From NCBI GenBank assembly GCA_013265495.1, contig MU058337.1:560001-624000 (forward strand): 64,000 nucleotides of DNA. The letters run 5' to 3'. This document shows positions 1 to 11,660 of the stretch, piece after piece. Source of the stretch: Vicugna vicugna. Lineage: Eukaryota. Numbering within the stretch: the first letter of the stretch is position 1; each line of letters starts with the position of its first letter. The notes below the pieces were generated by a model. That model had not been told where the DNA came from and did not search any database. It was given only the letters and a program-made list of their open reading frames with translations. Both the position numbers and the translations under genes were made by a program.

Positions 1-36
1 TTGCTGGTTGAGTGGCTTTGCACTCCAGTAGGGGCT

Positions 37-91
37 GCACACACACACACGCACATGCACACACATGCACACACACGCACACATGCACACA
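37..91. repeat. Imperfect (CA)n microsatellite
   Basis: Direct: gcacacacacacacgcacatgcacacacatgcacacacacgcacacatgcacaca. Confidence 0.9.
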
Positions 92-613
92 GGAGGGATC
101 TGGGGCGTATACAGGATGGACTAGTTCAGAAAGACCACTTTTCAAGGACCTCAAATGAGTCTTCTCTCTGTCTCTGTCTCTGTCTCTGGCTCTGTCCTTC
201 CCTCCCGCCCTTCTTCCCTCCCTCTCATTTCCTCAGTCTAAAATACTCTACTCCAGCCTCGGGCAAAATGGCTACATTTAAAACACTATCAGCTGCATGC
301 ATTTACTCTTTAATGGGTTATACTAGTTGTAGTCAAAACACAGATACATTATTGGACTCTGTTGGAATGGTTACTCCTCACTAAAAAGTTTATGAACTTT
401 CTTTTCTTTTCATAGTCTTGCAGGGTCAGGAACTGCTTATATGAGTGACAAGGGAAGTCGTTTATTTGTTACAATAATTTACTTTTAATTATCTCTGTAG
501 CTTTGATTTTTAAGTAATATTTTCAGAAGTTACTCAGTTAATGCTCATTGTGAATTATATATTTAACATGGTACATAAGGAGTGAGGCAAGAGTTCAGAT
601 AAAGGCAAGAAGG

Positions 614-787
614 TTTTTTTTTTTGACCCCAAACTCCTAATCTGTTTCTTTCCACCTTTACCCATTGGTAACCACAGTTTGTTTTCTATGTCTGTGAGTC
701 TATTTCTGGTTTGTAAGTAAAACTTGTATTTTTTTAGATTCCACCTATGAGCGACATCATATATTTGTCTTTCTCTGTATAACTTAT
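614..787 (-). mobile_element. LINE-1 3' UTR fragment (laurasiatherian/artiodactyl type)
   Basis: Matches recalled L1 3'UTR antisense text: cccaaactcctaat...ggtaaccac...tttgttttctatgtctgtgagtct...tagattccac...atatttgtctttctctgt. T-tract at 614-624 and a degenerate flanking direct repeat. Confidence 0.85.
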
Positions 788-2082
788 AAGGAAAGATGAT
801 TTTGATGAAAGATTATAGATCTAAAGTTTTTAAAAATTAAGGAGCATCAACATTTTTTGATGACATAAGACATTTAATGTTGAAAAATGGAATTTCATTA
901 ATTAAATAGCATGCTTCTTTTAGGTTTGGTTAAAGACAAGAAATTATCAACAGAGAGAGAAATAAGAAATTATAGTTATAATGCCTTTTAATCATTGGAG
1001 ATATTCCGAAGGAGACCAGTATTCTCATTTTACAGTTGAGAGAGCATCTAGAAGGTAGGTTTTAGGTTGTTTACCACAAAACAACAAAGCTAATGAGAAG
1101 CAAGGGTAGAAATTCTAACTCTTCCCAGCCCAGTTTTACCCTAGGATCTGACAGTTGCATTTTGCTTTTAAGAATCATGAGCTTGCTCTTCTTAGTATTG
1201 CCTCTCCTTTCTAAACATCCAAAGAACTACTGGAATCTAAATGAACAATAAAATAAATAACTGCAGTGTAACTACTAGGTTCGTGGCTTTGGATTATGTC
1301 CTAGTAGTCGGGAGAGGCCGAAAGCAATTTACTACTTTATCTTCTACTTTCATATTTCTGACATTGGCCACTGAAGTGGCAAACTAAAATTCATAAGGGC
1401 AGTGGTGCGAAGCGAGCATGAGTCCTGACTGTAGAGCGATGGCAGGGCCTGATACACACGCTGGAAACGTGTGCACTCACACGGTATCAGGTTCTCATCA
1501 GAAATGAGCTGCCACTGTGGTCCTGGCTTCTCGTCCCAGAACTCTGTGATTCTCAGTATTTATGTATGAAAAATGGAGGAATCCACACATGAAGAATGGA
1601 GTTGAGAAGCAAGCAATTTTCGGTTTGAATCAGTTACTTTAATCCTTTAATCTGGATTACTTCAGGTCAGAATTTCCTGTCCAAGAATATCAGACCCATG
1701 ACTTCTATTCTTCTTTTTATCCTACGTGTGTCCTCAGATCTCAGGAATGTTTCCCTCGGCTTTAGATGAATGGAAAATGAATTCCATTACAGCATTTTCA
1801 ATCCGATGAAGCATCACCCAAAAGGCAAGCCGTTAAGGAAATTATAGGAGAAAAAGGCTTTAAGGCATTTAATCTATTCGCACTTTATTTCATTTATTAC
1901 CTAATCAGTTCACTCATTCAATAAATATTTACTGTATGTCCTTCACTGTTAGGTCTGAAGTCAGAAACAGTTAACTTCGACTTGGTTTCTACTATTAATA
2001 GTCAGACAATCTAGTGGAAAAACACAATTATGTACTACTAATAATTATTTTAATATGTGCTAAATATAATAATAACTATAAC

Positions 2083-2800
2083 CATTTGTTTATTCAACAA
2101 ACATTTATTGAAAGCCAGTCATGTGCCATTAATTTGTTATACTAAGTGAGAAGACAGAAACCATACTGGTCTTTAAAGAGTGTATATTCTGAGGGGGAGT
2201 AACAATAAAAGCAATGATCACAATAATAATACTGAATATTTTCTAGATGCCAGCACTGCAAGAAATGCTTTTCATGTGTTAACTAATTAATTCCTCCCAA
2301 CAGCCTTGTGAAATAAGCATTACTATTATTCCTACTACATAGTTGACAGAACTGAGAATAGGGAGGTTAAGTTACTTGCCCAGTAGCACACAGCTGGTAG
2401 GTAGCATAACTAAGATTCAAATCCAGGTCTTCCAGCTCCAAAATCTATGAACTTATCACACAAATTTACGTAAAGTTGCATCGAAGGAAGAGCACAGAAG
2501 GCCTCGGGAAGGTCATGGAAGACTTGACCTTTGAAGGAGATGCAGGACATGGCTTGGAGGAAAAGGATAAAGAGCATCTCCAGCAGACGTGCAGAGGCCC
2601 TCTGGAGGGGGTGCACGGGCATAGGCGCGGCAGCGACAGCCAGCGGGGCTGGAACGGGACGTGAGGCAGGAGGCAGGGCTTCCGGGCCATGGCAAGGAGA
2701 TTTGCTTACAGAGCAGTGGGAGACCAGTGGGTTTGCATGATGTTGTCTGGAGAACCAGTGGAGCAGGGCAGGGACTCTCGTGGAGGGTAAGTTGGGAGTG
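2083..2800 (-). mobile_element. L2 LINE fragment interrupted by a MIR
   Basis: L2 3' tail in antisense (catttgtttattcaacaaacatttattga...tgtgcc); L2-like body resumes after ~2490 (gaaggcctc...gaccttgaagga...ggagacc). Confidence 0.6.
2225..2460 (-). mobile_element. MIR SINE, near full length
   Basis: Antisense MIR core: aactgag..agggaggttaagttacttgcccag..cacacagctggtag..agattcaaatccaggtct..ctccaaa. Confidence 0.85.
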
Positions 2801-3574
2801 CATCTGACTTGCCCAGGTGAGAGATGATGGCCGTGGGGGCAAGTGAAGGCGGTGAAGTCCACGGTTTGCTAACTGCCAAAGGAGTTTGTACACAGGTCTC
2901 TCTTAGTGGGGTCAGACAGACGTAATAGCCATACTAGGCTGAAAGGCAGGGCTTTGCCAGACAGACAGGGAGGGCGACTGGCCATTCTGAGTAGATAGAT
3001 ATTGATAGAAGAAATTTGGGTAATCGCACTGTCACAGTAAAAGCAAACAAATGCCCCTGACGACAGCGTTTCCCCTGGTCAGCTGTGTCCAGCACTTTTA
3101 CCCAGATTCTCATTCTCAACAGACTGCAGTAGTGCAGCCTTATCTTTGGTGGCCAGTGGCGAATGCTTTATTAAATCCCAGTTTGAAGAGAGAGCGGACT
3201 TTCTCAGAAAGATGAACTAATAGTCACACGCCATAAGTTTTTTACTTAACTATCGCAGTTTAACTGACCGTTTCAATCTTTGGATTAATCTTTTTAAGCC
3301 AGAATTTTCATTGTTCTTTTTATATTTAACAATGTCCCTAAGTCTTAATATCTTTCCAGAATGTTAATGCCATCTATCCCTTTAACAAAACGTGGAACAT
3401 TTTCAATCAGTTTAATGCTAAAATATAAGGGAGAAGATAAGAAAGGCTATGAACAGAAGGAACTCAGGACTTCAGCAATATTCACAATTTGTCAGCTGCA
3501 GTGAGAAGACTGCATCGCTGACGATGCTGTCGGAGTAAAAGCGTTTTCACGTTGAGATGCCTTAACAGTGAAGC

Positions 3575-3745
3575 ACTGGGTCTCACGTTTGGACTTGTTG
3601 TGGAATCACCTGTAGGGTTAGTAAGAACACAGATTGCTGTGCTGAACCTGGAGAGTTTCTGATTCAGGATGCCTTAAATCTGCCTGTCGAAGGGTTCCCA
3701 GGTGATGCTGACGCTGCTGGTGTAGAGGCCGTGCTGTGAGGTCTA
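3575..3745. mobile_element. MER5A-like hAT-Charlie MITE
   Basis: Characteristic segments ggaatcacctg...acacagattgctg...gtttctgattcag...ttcccaggtgatgctgacgctgctggt. Confidence 0.8.
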
Positions 3746-4371
3746 TTTGTGGCAAGGAAAGGGGGTCCTAAAACACTTTCGCATGACCCCAGGCAGCTAG
3801 CTGGGTTGGAGGGAGAGCAGGGCCCCGTCACACAAGTGCACTTCCATGAAAATGAGGGGAAGGCAGTCTGGGCTTTACTGCTGTTTCTGCAGGAGGTGAG
3901 CAGGGTGACCCCATCTCCTGGGTGCACTGGCACTTTCACAGCAAGTCTCTGCTACTGGTGAAATGTCTGCCCGCCTGCTAGGGGTGTGCACTCCTCTCAG
4001 AAAGATGCACGTGCATGGTTTCTAAAAGAGACACATTTGCAATTAATTTCTTATTTACAGGAGAGACTATAAATGGTATGACAAAAACAATGCGTTCATG
4101 TGGCACCACTGTCCACATCTAGTGTGATGCTGGAGTTTCTCTGAAGATTATTTTGTGCCACGGCCAATTGATTCATGTAGTCCTTTGAAAACGTGCTCTG
4201 ATGTAAAGATGAATTATGATCTGATAAAGATAAGTTGTTTAAAGGTTTAGGAAAGAATGAGGAGAATGGTGGTATTTTCACAAATAAACAACTAGTTTTA
4301 ATTCTTACTTCCTTGTTCATAAGGTTAATGGCATGGCTTCATTTGGATTTCAACAGTTACACCATTAATGC

Positions 4372-4660
4372 CCTCTTTCTGTTCTAGGATCAAATCCAGT
4401 CCAAGCTACCAGATTGATTTAGTTGTCACATCTCCCTAATCTCCTCTGGTCTGTGACACTTTCTCAATATTTGTTCATTTTATATGACTGTGACAGTGTG
4501 AAGAGTACTGGCCAGGCATGCAGTATGTCCACAGGCTGGATGTGTCTATAGTTTCCTCTAGATAAGCCTGGGCTATGGGTTTCGGAAAGAAAAGAAGAAA
4601 TGTCCTCAACATGTCATATGAGAGCACGCATGGCATCAACAGGACACTGCAGACTGCGGC
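4372..4660 (-). mobile_element. Old L1 (L1MC/L1MD-like) 3' UTR fragment
   Basis: tttagttgtcacatctcc...ctcctctggtctgtgacactttctca...gagtactggccagg...gggctatgggttt matches recalled L1MC-type 3' end. Confidence 0.7.
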
Positions 4661-5751
4661 CTGTGTTGGGATAACTGCAGACATAATTACTGATGCTAAG
4701 TGGCAATCAATGCATAATAGTGAACAACTGAGCAGATTCCTATTTCAATGGTTGAAGAATATCAGGGTATAGTAAGCCATCAGGGAGTCATGTAGAAAAT
4801 TCTTTCTTATAAATGTTGCTGTAATAAACCAAAATTTTATAAACTTCATTAACAAAACTTCACATAAGCATGTAAAATATCATGCTTAAGTACAGAAATT
4901 TATTTTGTCCTTAAAGAAACATTTGTTCTCCACTCTAGAGACATATTTTACGTTAAAGAACATAGGCAGTGACTCACATGTGCATGTAATGACGGTAGTT
5001 TATGCTTATAGTCCTGTTTTGTCATGAAATGCTAAGGGGCGGGGGGATGCAAATTAAATAGCTATGCATTTTATCCCTATACATGAGAGTGCAAGTAACA
5101 CGAGGTGATTTTTACCAATACCTGGAGTAAGTATCTGGCAGGGGCATTTAGCTGCCAGGTTTTGAACGTTGGTAATGAACTACATCATGAAATAATATCA
5201 TATTTTGCCAGATCAGTGTCTCCTGTGGTTATTAAGCTATGGACTAGAACTGGAAAATCTCTGTAAGCAGCAGTCACTGTGACAGAAATATCAATGTAGT
5301 GAGTACTGAGAAACATTTATTTTTTATTAAAATGTGAAGCCCTTGGGCACAAAGAGAAAGATTTATTTGGTAGATAAGGGGAAATAGATTAACTCTCCCA
5401 ATATTCATTTGGAAATTGTCATTTAGGCTTTTGGACTCCCCAAATACCATAAGCTTCTGCCTGGCAAAGAAGTTTGGATGTCAACACCTTGACAAGGCAG
5501 ATAGGAGCTACGGGTAACAAGGCTGAGGACACTTGCAGCCAGCGGTGGGCTGCACCATGAGGAGTCTGGAGTAATCCACTCAAAGTGAATGTCAGGTCTC
5601 TGTGCACATTCAGTTTTAAAAATACGAATTTGACCAAGGCCACTGGAATCGGTCGTACTCGTGAAAATATACAATTAGCAATGAGTCGGGTTGACTGTAT
5701 AATTTCTTTGGAAGAATAGGAAATTCTTGCATTCACAAGACGCTGCACAGT

Positions 5752-6250
5752 GCATCATTCATGAAACATGTATTTACTGAGCTCCTACCTTGTGCAGAAC
5801 ACTGTGTGAGGCACTATAGATGATGCAAATGATCTATGAGATAAAGAATCTACTCCTAAGAAGAGATACGTAAGAGCACAGATGTCTGAACGTCTTCTTA
5901 GACCAAGAAGGGGGCAGAGGGTTCTACCAGACTGGGTCGCATGAAACAGGGCTAGGTTATGGAGTGGAAAGCGTTGACTTGAAAGTCTGAGCAGGAAGTC
6001 TTCAATCTGCATTTCAAGGATTTAGCTTCTAGATTCCCTGTGAATACATCTGTAGTTGGAGAGGAAACTGATGACAAGCTTGAATCAGTTTAGACAACTA
6101 TACAGATAAAAACTGCAAATTAGAAGCCCTACAAAATAGACAGTGGCAGTGGACATAGGAAGGTATAGATTATGGAACATGTTTGAGGTTATGGAATGTG
6201 GAAGAGAACAAGGGAAGGAGGAAGGAACAGGGAGAGAAACACAGGGAGAC
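5752..6250 (-). mobile_element. L2 fragment
   Basis: Antisense L2 tail: cattcat...tatttactgagctcctaccttgtgcagaacactgtg..aggcact. Confidence 0.6.
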
Positions 6251-6540
6251 AGAGAAGTTCAGAGAGCAAGTAATACACTCCTGGAGTAATTTAAGTCCAG
6301 ATCTTACTCAGTGGTCAATAGAAAGGGGTTAATATTTCAAAGTACCAAAGTAACATAAACAGACTTGTACTTGAGGAAGACTTAGCAGCTTATGAGATAG
6401 ATTTTGGATGGGTAGAACACTTGGTAGACTGTCCTAGTAGCATGTGCAAGAGCTGATGATGTCCTAAGTTGGGAAAAAAAGAAGACACACATGCAGTAAA
6501 CACTGCTGTGGCAGAATCTGACAAGTAACTATTTATAGAG

Positions 6541-6850
6541 TCATTCATCTTCAAAGGTATTTACTGAGTGCCTATTCTTCATGTGTTAGTCACTGCGTTA
6601 GCATTGGAAGCTCAGAATGAACACAGTGAATATGATCCCTGGCCTCATATTACTCATACTCAAATGGGAAAGAGACATAATCAATTAAGTGATGACAAGT
6701 CATCCATTCCTTCACTGAGCATACTTTTGTTGAGAACCTGACTATCTGCAAGACACTAAGCTCAGGAGATGGAGCAGTAAACCGTGCAGCGGTGGTCAGC
6801 GTTCCAAAAGTGGGCATGCGTCAACATGAGCCCCTAGTCCTAGGGAAACC
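6541..6850 (-). mobile_element. Two adjacent L2 3'-end fragments
   Basis: tcattcat...tatttactgagtgcctat...gatccctggcctcat at 6541, and catccattcc...ttgttgagaacctgactat...ggagatggagcagtaaac at ~6700. Confidence 0.65.
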
Positions 6851-7149
6851 AGGGAGATAACTGAGTGTAACTTTCAGAGGCAAACTCTTATTCATAATGT
6901 CTCAGCATTCTCTTCCTGCAAAGCTGGATGTTTTCACACTTCGCACTGGAATTCCCAAAACTGCTCAGCTGGAGTTCTAAGACAAATCCTGACATCAGTT
7001 GGAAGATGTAGGCAACTCTAACTCTACAGTCTGCAGCTCAAGACCAAGTGATCCTTGTTGCCTGACGAGGGGCTCTCTGGTACTCCAGCTCATGCTCCAT
7101 ACACTCTTTTCATCAGGAGGAGCTATGGCTGGACCCCACTCCCTCCAAT

Positions 7150-7645
7150 GTCACCAGGGCCCTCATGCACACAGCCAAAATGCACTGAGCACTTGCTGTT
7201 CTCAGCAACCCCTGCGAACAGGTGGCCTCCAGCTAAGGTTCTCTGACACACAGCCTCCCAGTGCTTTGCTCTCTCTCTCCATGTCCATGCCCTCCACCTC
7301 TTGCAGAGAGAGAGCTCTGGGTGGGCTGAGTCCTTCTTCTGATTGCTGCGTTCAACAATCGATGTCCAGTTCAACAAGAGCAAGCTTAACTCTTTCCCAA
7401 ATGTCCCCAGGAGGTTAATGCACCCCTGACTCGGGCGAGGGGATGCTTGTTGATGGTCCTCCGAGAAAGACAGCATCCATTGCCATGCAACTTACAAGGA
7501 GAATTCAAGAAGGACAGGAACTGATCTCTACCACCAAGCAGCAACTTGAGAGCAAGGAGTTTGCTTTATACATTTTTGTATTCACACCACGTAGAGTACC
7601 TGAAAATCAACAAAAATTTGTCAGATGTATAGATGGATGGATGGT
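7150..7645 (+). mobile_element. L2 fragment ending in (GATG)n tail
   Basis: ttgagagcaaggag...tttgtattc...agagtacctg...aaatttgtcagatg..gatggatggatgg resembles the L2 3' terminus. Confidence 0.55.
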
Positions 7646-8844
7646 CAGATGTATAAAACACAACTGTCCTACTGTAGTGCAGACAAGCACATGAAAGCTC
7701 GATTGCAAGGATGCTGTGTAGAGGGAGTGTAGGACTCGCAAAGGCAGTGCCCTTGCGGGAGTTTGTCAGTGATGTGGAGAGGGACCACGTACGATAGAAG
7801 CACTGTGGAGTTACAAAGTGTGAGAAGTCATTTACAATTTAGCAGACTTGGGAATGACTGCAGACTGATGGGATGTCCTCTGTGATCGGTGAGACTTTGA
7901 AAAGAAACCTTAAAATGAGGAAAAATGGCACAGATGGATGAATTACCTAGAAAACGGAACAAAGATTTCCTTAAGAGGAAAGAATTGGGAGAGAAGACAG
8001 GAGAGATTATAGGATAAAAATGTTGGTACTTCCCATGGTGAATGCTTTAAAGGTATTTACAGATACGACATTTCTTGAGATATGTGATAACTTTTCTTTT
8101 TGTAACTCTGGTGTGTGTCATTAACCTGTTTGTACTTCCTCTATCACAGATCTTAAGTCTACAAATAGTTTTAGAAACATCGCTCTAAATAACATGCACA
8201 AACATAACACTAGTGATACGTTATTGTATAACATACCTGTAATGTGTCATTTTGCACAAGTCACAATTTCAAATGCATTGCATTCCTCAACAGTCTATTA
8301 GTAAATGGTAACATTTTCCATTTTTAGTTGTAAGATATAGTTTGGATAATCTTGTATGAAGACTTTAATATTTATTTTTTATTAACCTATTTACTGAAAT
8401 TTTAGTCATATGTTTACCTCTTCATTTATTGATATTAGTCTTCATATTTCATGTAATGCTGTCTCTTTCTCTCCAACCCAAGAATAAAATCCTAAAGTAA
8501 TTAAAAAATTATAAAAATGTGTGTATTAAATTCCCAGGAGTCCATATGTATAACAGAGTAAGGAAAATGTGAAGTAATAAAACAAGCTTAAAATTGGCAC
8601 TCATAATTGTATTTGCTTGAGTAGCTGACCCATATTTTTGTTTTAAATGGCCCTGGCTACTTAAGTACTGGGTAAACAGAAAATTAATTGTATGATTTAG
8701 GTGGACACATCCTGCATAAAAATGACATTCAACATAATTCTATTGTATTTTGAATTTGAACTGGCTCTTGTTTTATTTAACATTACATAGATCAATAAGT
8801 ATTGTCATGTAGACAATCACATATGCTTTGTTGTCAATGAAGAT

Positions 8845-9278
8845 CTTTTTTTATAACAGCTTTTTTGCTATGTAATTCACGTATCATCCATTTCACCCTT
8901 TTAAAGTGTATATTTTAGTGGTGAATACTATATTCACAAAGTTGTGCAGCCATCACCACAATCGACCTTAGAGCATGTTTGTCATTCCAAAAGAAGCCCT
9001 GTATCTAGTCAGGCCCTATTTCCTTCAATCCTAGGGAACCCCTAATCTACTCTCTGTCGCTATAGATTCACCTATCTTGAAACTTCTGTATAAATGAAAT
9101 TATACAATATGTGGTCTTTTGTGAATGGATTCTTTCACTTAGCATATGTTTTCAAGGTCTGTCGTATCGTAGTTTGTATCAGTACTACATTCATTTTTAT
9201 TGCCAGATAATATTGCATGGTAAGAGTATGCCACGTACTTCTTATCCATTCACCAGTTAATGTACATTTGGGATGCTT
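8845..9278 (-). mobile_element. L1MB/L1MA-type 3' end
   Basis: ttttataacagcttt...taattcac...ttcacccttttaaagtgta...gttgtgcagccatcaccacaatc...tggattctttcacttagcata...ttatccattcaccagtt. Confidence 0.9.
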
Positions 9279-10699
9279 ACACAGCAATAAATAAACATAA
9301 ATATTAAAGGTATATAATATGTATTATATGTAACAGCAATATGTAATAAGTAGCATCTAATGTATAGCTGGTCTTACAAGAAAATGTAAAGTCACATAAG
9401 CAAACATTAAAACAAGTTTGAGTTTCCCCAGGTTTATTTTATGAACTTTCCAAAATGGGATTGTTATGGGAGGAATGAGATTCTTCAGTTTCTCCAGCTA
9501 GGTTTGTATGTTTCATGCTTTGCTTATTTATTTAGTAAGCTCATGTTTCTAAATCAGCCACCTTTAAGACCTGTAATGCTGTTGCAGAATATAATAGTCA
9601 TTTTTTGTAAACTTAATTATAGCTTTGTTCATTGTGATAATTTGCTGTGGGCAAATGACACAAAAATATGCATATTTATTCAATGCTCACAGTTCACAGT
9701 TTATCAAAATTTGACCAAGCCTATGCCACAATGATTACTTATTAAGACAGTTGCTAATCTTACCCCAGTAAGGCCAGGGCAGATTAAGCTTTCTAAAATC
9801 TCATACTGTTGGGGACAAAAATAATGTAGCATTATTTAGAAATTTCCATAAAATTATACTCCTTGAAAGCAGAAGCTTTGGCTTGGGAAAAATAAACATA
9901 AATACTAACTACTTATAATCCTGATACGTTTTATATACCAAATGTTAGATAAATTGTATAAAGTTCTAGATGGACCCATGGGTAAAAATTATAAATCTAT
10001 CAGGAGAAGTTTAAATGTTACTAAACAACAGAAGCTTTATAGCCAGTATCAGAAATGCTCTCTCGTTTGCATGATAATCACGTTTCTCGGTAGACCTAGG
10101 ATGAGGTAGGTCAGTGCTGCAGATTTTCTGCACCTTAATCAAATGAACCATGTCATGTGGTCTTTTGTATGAATCTATGTGAACAAACTATCTTCAGATG
10201 TCTTAGTTGTGTTCATTTGAATGGTCAACAAATATTATTGTGGAAACATTCAGCTCATTAAAGCAGGTCAGTGGTGTTTAGGCTGGCAAAATTTGGTTGG
10301 TAGTTATATTTGCTTAATGAACATAAAACTGCATTTATACTGGGTGTTACAGCATCTATTCTGCATATAGACTTTTAATTAATTTAGCATATATCTAGCT
10401 GAAATGAGTGAAGTTTTACTCTTTCATGGGACTTAAGATTTCATCAGTTTAAAAATTCTTCTATTAATAATTATGTTTAGATATTAAACACTATGTAGTA
10501 TTCAACACCAAAATATTTTACATTTATTAAATTCTATTTGTCAGGCCTTATCAAAATAGTGAATAGAAAAAAATTTTCAGCTGCTGTGATTGATTTTCCT
10601 AAATGTCAGTGAAAACAAGTCAAAGCGTAAATATGCAAAAATTTTAAAGGATTTAAGTTTAGCCTTATCAAAAAGCATATTTTAGACCTTAGGGAGCTG

Positions 10700-11660
10700 T
10701 AGAGATTAGTAGGATATATTTCCTGTCCTCTGTGAACTCATAATTTAATAGAAGGAATATATGCACCTTATTTAATGGGGACAGTTGCAGACGGCGGCAT
10801 TTCAGTTGGGCTTTGATGGGCTAGTGGACAAAGGGGAAATAGTGCTCCTCCTGAGGAAACAGCATGAGTAGAAAGCAAGTATGAAACTGCATGCCATGTT
10901 TCAGTAGCAATTAATTTTCCAGTGGGCCTGGAGCTTAGAAAGTGCTCTTTAGTGGGATGGGTGTTGATTAAAGAGAATGAACAGTCTGAAAATCTCATCT
11001 AACAGAAAGCCTAAACTGTATACGGAGGATTTTGGCTCCTACTGTGTGGGTAAATATTTCTAAGTAAAGATATATATAATGTGTCACCATACCTCACAGG
11101 ATGTATTTACTCACTGATATATATGTTAGATTACATTTACAGTATATATGGGTAATATATGATTAACATCAACAATGTGTATGGAGAATTGCAGACCTTA
11201 ATCTGGTTGTAGAGTGGATAGAATGGAGAGGTGGAAGAAAGGTTGGTCAAGATGCTAAAGCAACATCCCTGTGGAGAGGCACTGAAGATTCAGATTACAG
11301 AATGACATTCAAATGCAAAAAGAAAGATGGATGGGAGAGATTTTGAACTAAGAATTGGCAGGAATTGGTGGCTGGCAGAAAGCAGAGAATGTAGGAGAGA
11401 AAGCAATGTTAGACAACCATAAAAGTCTGGCTCAGATTATTAAAAGAATCATCATGTCAATGACCAAGATAATGATGAAGGAATTTGTTGTCTTTTTTGA
11501 AAAATGATGAATTTGTTTGACCTCTGTGCAGTTTGTGAAGTTATCAGGATATCCATGCATAAATGTACAAGAGCTCTTGCAGAGATGTATATGGAATTCA
11601 GTAAATCTGGGCCTGCACAGAGGTTATGGGAATGAAGATATAGAGCATGAAGAGAGGAGA
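10700..11660 (-). mobile_element. Degraded L2 fragments
   Basis: Purine-rich antisense L2-like segments (gatggatgggagagatttt...ggcaggaattggtggctgg...tctgggcctg...ttatgggaat). Confidence 0.5.

Noticed and set aside
1..384. 127-aa ORF with His/Thr repeats
   Set aside because: Translation of CA and CT microsatellites; non-ATG start at the window edge.
2410..2893. Five overlapping ORFs up to 150 aa
   Set aside because: GC-rich decayed L2/MIR sequence with few stop codons; no recognisable domain or splice structure.
5419..5748. Unique-looking segment with ORFs on the minus strand
   Set aside because: No recognisable protein; + strand frames after the nearby AG hit stops, and there is no convincing splice-site pair.
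6999..7694. ORFs of 139, 117 and 83 aa
   Set aside because: Overlap an L2 remnant; low-information Ser/Pro/Leu-rich translations.
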